A DNA stretch of 17,834 nucleotides from Geosiphon pyriformis uo1 (lineage: Eukaryota; Fungi; Glomeromycota). The notes beneath the pieces were generated by a model. The model saw only the letters and a program-made list of their open reading frames with translations, was not told the origin of the DNA and did not search any database. Numbering within the stretch: position 1 is the first letter of the stretch; the number at the start of each line of letters is the position of its first letter. The stretch covers positions 36,711 to 54,544 of the forward strand of contig JAAOMT010000578.1 in assembly GCA_016748015.1 (NCBI GenBank), written 5' to 3'. This document shows positions 9,561-17,834 of this stretch, piece by piece. A program made the position numbers and the translations under genes.

Positions 9561-9808
9561 TGTTAAGAAAAACGTTTTCTATCCAGACCTGGAGTCACTA
9601 ATATTTTATTGAAATTGGTAGCTAATCAATTTCAAAACGTTAGTTGTGTTGAAAGAATTTCAAGTGTAATAATTTAAGAATTTGGTTTTTGAATATTTAA
9701 TTTTTATTTGAATGTGTAAAAGATAATTTGTTATAATTAAGATATCTAAAGTAAAATACTATGCTATGATGTAAAAAGATATATTTTCTTGAAAAGAAAA
9801 GCTTTTTT

Positions 9809-9814
9809 TTTATA
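9809..9814 (-). promoter_or_regulatory. Putative TATA box of E2 LTR
   Basis: Minus-strand GTATAAAA; the equivalent in the + copy is TATATAAAA at 17821-17829. Confidence 0.5.
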
Positions 9815-9863
9815 CAACTTGTTGTAGTACTAGTCTTTGAACTTGCACTTTTTTCTTTGCTTT

Positions 9864-9960
9864 AATTTTGGCAAACTAAAGATACATTTTGGTAAACTAC
9901 AAGTTATTTCTACAAACTATTGATTATTTTGGCGAATTTTCATCAATTTCGGCGAATTTT
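9864..9960. repeat. Five ~20-21-bp spaced TTT(T/C)GGCGAA-like motifs (E2 U3)
   Basis: Cores at 9870, 9891, 9911, 9931 and 9951; mirrored at ~17677-17772. Confidence 0.75.
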
Positions 9961-10165
9961 AACTATATTAAATGGTTCAGGATATTGTGTAATTTGATCA
10001 TCTTAATTTTTATAATACAAATTGGGTTATTAATTAAATAATAATATTTGATAATTTGATTAAATAATAAGTGATAATCGAAATAATAATAATATATGCT
10101 AATTAATAATAAGAATTATGAGGGTAATTTTATGCTAATTAATAGCTAAAATTCTACTGGTAACA

Positions 10166-10178
10166 TAATCTCCTCCTT
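10166..10178 (-). other. E2 polypurine tract
   Basis: Minus strand AAGGAGGAGATTA immediately before LTR TGTTA. Confidence 0.85.
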
Positions 10179-10199
10179 AAGACTGAACTTTATCAAAGT

Positions 10200-10676
10200 T
10201 TAAGCACTATTTGTAATGTCAAAATAGTAATCCAAGATAATTGAAATGATTTGGTCTGAAAATTGTTAAAATTTTAGTTCTGTGAGCTTTCCAATGTATT
10301 TAATCTTTATTGGGTGAAGTATTAGATTTTGTAGAACGTTTTCACAAGTATTGAATAAATCATAGAGTCTAAATGCTGCTCTAAGTTTGTAGCAAGTGTT
10401 TGTTGGTCCAGCTGCTGTCTTGAATTTATTGTGAATTTGTTTTTGTATAGCTTCAGAAGTAATGTTGATTGTTTCAAGTTCTAGTTTTCATTCATGGAGT
10501 GTTTTTCTAATATGAAAATATCTATAAATAAGAGTATGTTCATTGTTTTGTTCATTAAAAATAATAGAAGTTTTTGTTGGATTGTGGCATTTGGTAAAAT
10601 GTTAATAGGAGCAAATAAAAAGTTTTCTTTTAGTGCTTGTTTCAAAAGTTTTGGTAATTGATTTCCAGAGTAACCT
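10200..10676 (-). pseudogene. E2 ORF3 (post-integrase ORF, unknown function)
   Basis: Frame RLLWKSITK...YRYFHIRK...KLRAAFRLYDLF...IGKLTELKF...SA*, 2 internal stops; missed by the ORF track; may extend further 5'. Confidence 0.7.
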
Positions 10677-10996
10677 TTTGTTTTTTTTCTATAAGAATAA
10701 TAATTTTGAAAATTATTTACTACTGGTGTTGTGTTTTTTTTTTTAAGTGTAATTAATTTGATTTCTATTAATTATTATGAATAAATCAGGAAGTGTTTTT
10801 AAAGCTAATATTAATTTTTGAAATATTTGTTGGATATTTTAGAGAATAATCATGATAAAAGTGACTAATTAATAAAAAGAATAAAAAAAAATTATTTTTT
10901 GAATATGGAGTTTTTATTTGTTTTTGGGTTTGAATGTTTCTTGTAATTATTTACTATTTTTGTGTATTTTAAAAAGATTATTATAAAAATGTTAAA

Positions 10997-12380
10997 TTAA
11001 GTATTCAAGTTTGGTTGTTGTTTTATTATAACTATTGGTTTTAAATTTCAGAGAAAATTTTTAGGATTAATTAAAAGGAAATATGTACCAATTTGTGAAA
11101 TTAAAGGTTTAGAATTGTTTCTGAAATAATAATGTTTCAATCAATCTCCATATACAACTTTTGCTAATACTTTATTATTAAGTCTTAACTTGTATGATCT
11201 ATTGCCTAAAATTTAGTAGATATAAAATGATCTATCCTATTTATGTTTAAATTTTTCACTTTATTGTTTTTTAGCCTTAGTTCTGTGTAAAAGAATTTTA
11301 TTTCCAACTTTAAATTCATTGACAACTGGTAACAGTTTATTGTCATGCCTTTCTTTTTGTTAAGCTTGAAAGTGTTCAATATGAGTGGCTGTTATTTGTT
11401 TTTTTCCTTCCAGAATACTAAAAAGAATGTAGGCCCTTTTTTGGAGTGTTTCTTAGAAGTTTTTTTCATTGATTGGTTGTACTGAATATGTTTTCACTGT
11501 AAAATTAATTGGTAATCTTGCTGTTCTTTCATAAGTAAGATCAAATGATATGTGTTTTATAGTATCTTGTTTTAGTTTTCTGTATGTTAATAATACTAAT
11601 AGAATAAAAATATCCTATTTCTGTTCAAATCTGTTGAGACTTTGGCTAAAGATTCATATAATGTTTTGTTGAAACATTCTAAAGTCTATTTGTTTAGGGG
11701 TAATAAGGTGATAATAAAAGTCTTTTGACATTGAATTATTTACAAATTTTTTATATAAAGTTGTTTACAAAATGAGTTCCTTGATCAAATAAAAGTTCAA
11801 TTAGGCATTTATGTCTACAAATAATGTCTTCATAAATAAAATTTACTACTGATTTTGCATCTGTTCTTTAAATAACTTTAGCTTCAGACCATTTGGTGAA
11901 ATAATCTATTACAACTGCAATATAATAATTTCCTTGGGTTGTAATAGATAATAGTCTAACTAAATCAATTCCAACTCTGTTAAAAGATTGTCCAACTTTG
12001 ATTGAATTTAAAGGTTTTGTGAAGCAAATTTTTTCTCTTTTTTAACAATTATTACAAGATTTTATATATTGTCAAATGTCTTTTTACATGTAGGGTTAAA
12101 AATAATGTTCAAAAGTTCTTTGAATTGTTTCATCTCTTCCCAAGTGTGCTGATAATAGATGAGTGTACATGTTGTATAGGATTGTTTTTTTTTCATTTTC
12201 CTGTACTAATCTGAGTAATTAGTTTGAATTTCTGCAATTTTTATAATAGATTTTGTTGTGATGTATAAAATATTGTTTTGATTGATGTTGTAATCGGTTT
12301 TTTTCACTTGAAAACCAATTTTCTGGCATAGTAAAAGTCTCCAAATAGTTTTTAATGTTGTTGTAATTTCTGGGATCTAT
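10997..12380 (-). pseudogene. E2 integrase
   Basis: SAHLG...CNNC; VGIDLVRLL; VIDYFTKWSEA; FDQGTHF; C-terminal NLKPIVII. Confidence 0.93.
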
Positions 12381-12444
12381 TGTTGTTTAGTTATTATTGT
12401 TGATAAATTGATAAGTTGTGGTAAGATTGCTGTTAATGTTAATC

Positions 12445-12900
12445 TTGTTTCATTCTTAAAAGATTGTTAATATTAGTGTGTAGTTTTTCTGGTTTGTGAT
12501 GTACAATATATTTGTAGTTTGCTAGAAAGTTATTCTATTGAAACTGTTTGGTACTTTGTTCAGTTTTCTTTTTATTGAGCTATTTGAGACCAATATTGTC
12601 AGTTATAATATCAAATTTTTTTCTATTTTTCAAGTATTGTTGAAAGTGTTTAAAAGCCCAAATAACTGCAGCAACTTCTAATTCAGTTGAGTCATACTTG
12701 AATTCTGTTGGTTTGAGTGTTTTACTAACATAAACAATAATTTGTTTCTGGCTATTTTCATCTAATTGTAATAAAATAGAACCAAATACTGTGTGTGAAG
12801 CATCAATGGCTAGTTGAAACCATTTGTTGAAGTTTGAATAAACAAAAACTGGGGCTGTTGTTAATTTTGTTTTGAGAGTTTCAAAGGCTTTCTGCTGTTT
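12445..12900 (-). pseudogene. E2 RNase H
   Basis: LAIDASH; VYVSKTLKPTEFKY; ELEVAAVIWAF; IITDN. Confidence 0.92.
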
Positions 12901-13740
12901 TTTAGTTTATTAATATGGCATGTTTTTGTTGATAAAATAATTAAGGAGTTTGGCAATTTCTGAGAATTTTTTTATGAATTTTCGATAATATAAGGCTAAT
13001 TTCACAAATTTTTGTAATTCTGTAGTATTTTTGGAAGTTTGAAAGTTTTTGACAGCACTAATTGTTCTACAATTTGGTTTGACTCCATTTTTATTAACTA
13101 TGTGTTTAAAAAAAATTAAACTTGTTTTTCCAAAGTGATATTTCTCAATGTTCAATTTTAATCTTGCTTTCTATAATCATTGAAAAACTTTTTACAGATA
13201 GATAAGATGAGCTTCAAAGCTTGGTAAGTACACATTAGTGTCATCCAGATAAACAACTACTAATTGCCATAAAAGTCTTTTGTAAACAACATTTATGAGT
13301 TGCTAGAATGTTGTTGGTGTATTGCAGAGTTCAAAACATAACATTGAACTTATAGTTTTTTTTTGCATAGTAAAATGCTGTTTTGAGTCAATCTTTTGAG
13401 TCTATTTCGATTTGCCAGTATTCATTTTTTAAGTTTAAAGTTGAAAAGAACTTGGTTTTTCTTAGAGCATTTAGCATGTTATCAATTCTTGGAAAGGGAT
13501 AGGCATCTTTAATTGTTACACTGTTTAATTGATAATAGTCAACACAAAATCTGATTTTTCTATTTTTCTTTTTAACCAAAACTACTGGTGAAACCCATGG
13601 ACTTCTTGATGATTGAATCAATCTGTTATTGAACATTCTTTAAACTTCTTCTCTGATGAATTGGTGGCTGGCAGGTGGTACTTAATAAGCTTGTTGTTAT
13701 TTTGGTAGAGCATCTCTTATGTGGATTTGATGTTAGACAA
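12900..13740 (-). pseudogene. E2 reverse transcriptase
   Basis: SPWVSPVVLVKKKNRKIRFCVDY; DAYPFPRID; YWQI; intact YLDD at 13240-13251. Confidence 0.96.
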
Positions 13741-14186
13741 TATCAGTTTTTCTAAGTCATTGTTGTCTTTTGTAAATATATCTGCAAATTGAACTATTAG
13801 CTGTTTCAGTTGTCTTTGTTGTTGGGGTTTTAAAAGACTCATGTTGATTTGAGAAAGTTTTTCTTCCAAAAGATAGTAGTTTTTAATAGTAGAGATAATA
13901 TTTGGATTGAAAAGTAAGATATGTCTTACAATTTCAATGAAATTAGAGACAGTTTAAGAGTTTTCATCTTGAAAGATGTTGCTATATATGATTCTAATTT
14001 TTAATTTATTTAATAAGACAATAAAGTAATTGTTGGGATTGTAAAATATAACTCAAAATTTCTTTATTTCTTTGGGAATATAAACATTTGAGATTGAGAT
14101 TTTATGTTTTAAACAGATTTGTTGAGTAATAGTGAGTTTTGAGCAAGTGTAAATTTCGTGATGTTCTCCAAAAAGTGAAATAATAA

Positions 14187-14567
14187 TTCTCTGTTGTTAA
14201 CTAATTATAAACCCAAAATGTTGATTAAGGATAGATAAATTGCTTGGACAATCTTTTCTGCATGTTCAATCCTAAATGGTTTGTCTGTTTTATTCTGTAA
14301 CATGATGGTAATATCTTCAGTATATTCTGCATCTATAACTCCTCCTCTAATATTGATTTCTTTGCTTGCCAATAATGATTGAGAAGCAATTTGTACTATT
14401 GCTCCTGATGGTATTTTAAGAGCAATTTTGAAGTTGATTTTGGTTAAGGATTTTGGTTAGAGAACCAAAATATCTTTTTCTGAGTATTGTAGATCATATT
14501 TAACATCTATATCATGGGCTTTTTTTGGTTTTATTTTTTGTTCATTGTTGTCAAAGTATTTAAGTTG
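14187..14567 (-). pseudogene. E2 dUTPase domain (motif 5 missing)
   Basis: AHDIDVKYDL; IASQSLL; GGVIDAEY; KIVQAI. Confidence 0.88.
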
Positions 14568-14684
14568 TATAACAGACTGATTTTTAGTAAGATAGATTGG
14601 AGTTGTTGTAATTTCTTCTACTAGCTTAGATTCTTTAAACTCAATTTCTTCCTAGTCATTTTTGTTGAATAAAGAGATGCTAAG

Positions 14685-15295
14685 AGCATAGCATTCTGAA
14701 CACTATTTGTTATTACAAAACATGATGTATTCTTCATACAATTGAATATTTATTTGCTTCAATCATTGAATTTGAGCTTCTTGGGTTAGATAAGTATGGC
14801 TTGTAATCTGGTGATATGTTTTTACTTCATCTTTATAGTTAAATTTAGGTAATTCTATTGTTTATTCAATATACTTAGCTTCTTTTATTTGGCAAACATC
14901 TTTTTGTGTGGCTTTATTGATTAAAGCCATTGCTAAATTAAAGATTATTTCAGCATTATAAGGGTAATGGTAGAGTTTGTTAAAAACACTGTTGTATGTT
15001 GCAACAAAAAGTGTTTTTCTTCTCACTTTTTCCGAGATTGATAGAGCATATTGACAGGTTTGATCACATACTCCTCTTTTTATTGCAACATCAATCCAGT
15101 TGCATTCTTCTGATAACATATCTTTATATGTAAGACAAGGAGTGTTGTCCTATTTTCTATTTTGTTTGGAATATCCAAATCGTTTTTTATGGCATGCTTT
15201 ACAGTAGTAATAGGTACAAGTTTCATATTTTTTTTCTGAAGAGATACATGCTCCCATTGATAAAAGTTTCTTGCTGCAATCTTTGCATTTAAGTA
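14685..15295 (-). pseudogene. E2 Cys-rich domain of unknown function
   Basis: CKDCSKKLLSMGAC; YCKAC; PCLTY; CDQTCQY; CSEC. Confidence 0.7.
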
Positions 15296-15499
15296 GGATA
15301 TAAGATGGTTGTTTCCATAGTTCTAATGTAAAATATCTAACTATATTCTATCTTTTGGTTTCCTTAAAGAGTTTTTGTTCTGTTTTTTCAGCCCAATTGG
15401 ATGTTAATCCAAGAGCCATAAAGGTTTCAGTGATTGGTAGTTCTTTCTCTTTTTTAAATTCGAATACTGGGGCTTTTTCAGATTTTTTATTAAAAATAC

Positions 15500-15900
15500 T
15501 ACAGATAGTAGATACTTTGGTATATTGTTCTTAATACAAAATCTTCAATTTCTGGATTTCCCAATTTAAATTTGCATTGGTCTTGAGAAACCAATTATTT
15601 CCAACAAAAGCTTGGTATTGGGGTGCATTCATGACTAAAACTTTGACTGAAATGGCGATTTTATTAACTGTGAAAAGAAAGTTATCAATTTCTTTTACTG
15701 GGGTTTTCTTTATACTATCAGCTATAACAATTACTGTTTGGGCTGGTCTGTCAATATTTTGGTTGAGTTGTTGCATTAGTTGGTAGGTAATAATAATACT
15801 TTTAACTAATCTACTGTCTAGAATTAAGCAGATTTGTTTTCCTTTCACTTTAGCTTCAGTATATATAACAGTGATTGTTTTTTGCTCATTAACAGCTGCA
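15500..15900 (-). pseudogene. E2 aspartic protease
   Basis: CLILDSR (DSG>DSR, 15810-15818); AFVGNNWF (ILGxDWL-like). Confidence 0.92.
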
Positions 15901-16435
15901 TTGTTAAGCAAGAATGGTGATTCATTGACTTCAAATTCAAATAGAAATATATCTGAAAAGTTGGTATTTTGAGCAATTTGGACTAATGGAATAGTATTGT
16001 TAGAAGGGTTTAATCTTGGTGCTGCAACTTTATCTTTAGAAAGTGCAGTTTGTTAAAAATCTGATTCTTTTGGTATTGTAAGATAACTGGATTGAGTGTG
16101 GTAGTAATTGGGTCTTTACTGACCAGAATTTCGAGAAACCAACTAGTTGTTTGAGTTGATTCTGTTATTATTATTATGGAATTAATTTTGGGTTGTGAAT
16201 TGGTTTTGTTAAATCAATCTTTGGACAGGTACTTAATATTGTTGTATAAGTAACTGTTAATACTATTGAATTGGTAAAAGTTGTTGATATTGTTGCTGGG
16301 AGAAGGTTGATAGTAACTGTTTTGCTATTGGAATCTTGAGAAATAGTAGACTGGTAGTAAAGGCTGATAATGAAATTGCTATGTTGAAAAGTAACATTAA
16401 TTACTCCTGTTTTGTTGGTTTCTTTGTGGCTTTTT

Positions 16436-17470
16436 GCAGTCTTGTTTCCAATGTCCTAGAATTTCACAATAATGACAACTTTGGTTTTAACTGTTTAATA
16501 ATAATGGGTAGTTGGTTTGGTTTTGTTGTTGTGGTGGTTAATATTTTTGTGTTTATTGTTGCTGTTGTTAATAGTTTTCAACCTTTTTTGTAAGCTGATC
16601 AATTTTTTCTTCAGCTGCTGAGCTGGTTTCTTTAATAGCAAAATTCACAAGTTTGATATGGTTTGCTTCTTCTATTGCTATTTTATAGTTTTTTGCATGT
16701 CTAATAACTATTGCTAAGTCTTTTAGAGCAGGTGGGCAAACTTTTTTGATCAATTTGTCTTTTAATTCTGCTATAAACTGATCCAAAATCTGGGCATTGA
16801 AATAGTATTAATTGATTTCCAATTGTCAAATTTGTCTAAGAAGATTATTAAATCTTCCAAGATAAGTTATAACAGTTTTAGATGTTTCTTGTTTGATATT
16901 GTAAAAGTGATTTTGGAGAATGATAAAAGTGTTGTTGTTAGTGAATTGTTATAAGAAAGCATTTTTGAATGCTTGCCAATTTTTAAATAGTTCTTCTAAG
17001 TTTTCAAACCATTCTCCTATAATTTTTTGAAGAAAGTATGAAATTGCTTTAAATATTTTTGCTGTATTTTATTTATTTGCATCTTCTGCTTTCTGGACTT
17101 TGTTAAGCCATTTTTGAAAGCTGGTATCATTATTTTCACCAGTAAATTTGGAATTTTTGCAATATAAACAGTTGCCATTTTTTTTTATTTTCTGTAGTTT
17201 TTTCTTGTTCTGATTTAGTTTCTTTACTTTCTAAGTTTTTTAAATGATTACTTTTATTTTTTTGTAAATAATTAATAATATTAGTGCTGGTTAATATTGG
17301 TTTTTGCTGTTGAGTAAGACTTTTAGGTGACTGAAAATCTTCTGGTTTGAAGAAACAAATAAGTGGTGAACTTGGTGTTTATGGTTGAGCAAGTGAAATT
17401 GGAAATGGTATAATAAAAAGTAATAATTTAATGCTGGTTCCTTGTTCAGGTGTTTGCAAGTATTTGGCAG
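16436..17470 (-). pseudogene. E2 Gag (retrotransposon gag domain + intact CCHC knuckle)
   Basis: FTGEN..KWL; GEWF..WQAFKNAFL; IKQETSKTVITYLGRF; ILDQFIAEL; CHYCEILGHWKQDC at 16436-16477. Confidence 0.88.
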
Positions 17471-17834
17471 TGTTACCAATAGAATTTTAGTTATTAACTA
17501 GCATGAAATTACTCTCATAATTCCTATTATTAATTAGCATACATTATTATTAATTCGATTATTACTTATTATTTAACCAAATTATCAAATATCATTACTT
17601 AATTAATAATCAGATTTGTACTCTAGAAATTAAGATAATCAAATTACACAATACTCTGAACCATTTAACATAGTCAAAATTCGCCGAAATTAATGAAAAT
17701 TTGCCGAAATAATCAATAGTTCAGTGAAATAACTTGTAAATTTGCTGAAATATATCTTAAGTTCACCCAAATTGTAGCAAAGAGAAAAGTGCAAGTTCAA
17801 AAACTAGTACCACAACAAGTTATATAAAAGAAGA
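17471..17834 (+). repeat. E2-family LTR in opposite orientation (5' LTR or solo LTR; runs off window)
   Basis: Starts TGTTACC; co-linear with the reverse complement of 10165>9805; not preceded by a PPT; interrupts the E2 gag frame. Confidence 0.9.

Larger units (their letters stand above)
9561..10165 (-). repeat. E2 3' LTR (~605 bp, TGTTA...TAACA)
   Basis: Starts TGTTACCAG after the PPT; reverse complement of ~9805-10165 aligns with 17471-17834; ends CTTAACA at 9561. Confidence 0.85.
9561..17470 (-). mobile_element. Ty3/gypsy LTR retrotransposon E2 (decayed; interrupted in gag at 17470)
   Basis: Same domain order as E1; PPT 10166-10178; LTR 9561-10165. Confidence 0.95.

Noticed and set aside
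1825-10165. 1825-2293 and 9561-10165 as the paired LTRs of one element
   Set aside because: Not alignable beyond the TGTTA/TAACA termini; each has its own PPT and upstream ORF3.
15577-17479. ORFs 15577..15786, 16336..16593 and 17291..17479
   Set aside because: Antisense or off-frame to E2 gag/PR; the last begins inside the inserted LTR.
9561-17834. DIRS-like element or DNA transposon with terminal inverted repeats
   Set aside because: DDE integrase and PPT present, no tyrosine recombinase or transposase; the right repeat interrupts gag.

Overview
AT-rich, CpG-poor eukaryotic repeat region with no intact host gene; composition and element style suggest a fungus, possibly Glomeromycotina (inference). 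Left to right it holds, on the minus strand: (i) the 3' end of a decayed non-LTR (LINE) retrotransposon (~291-1420; RNase H tail, CCHC zf-RVT-like finger, A-tail); (ii) a short leader/coding remnant of a third element, E0 (~1420-1824); (iii) Ty3/gypsy element E1 (1825-9560); (iv) a divergent but co-linear Ty3/gypsy element E2 (9561-17470). Then (v) a second copy of the E2 LTR inserted in the opposite (+) orientation into E2 gag (17471-end). E1 and E2 share an unusual layout: Gag(CCHC)-PR-Cys-rich domain-dUTPase-degenerate dUTPase-like segment-RT-RNase H-IN(GPY/F, no chromodomain)-extra conserved ORF3-PPT-LTR. All ORFs are broken by C>T/G>A transitions. Most notable signals: a homologous ORF3 of unknown function, a Tf1-like self-priming PBS in E1, and a head-to-tail stack in which each element's 3' LTR sits exactly against the PBS/leader of a different element. 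All alignments and counts were done by eye.
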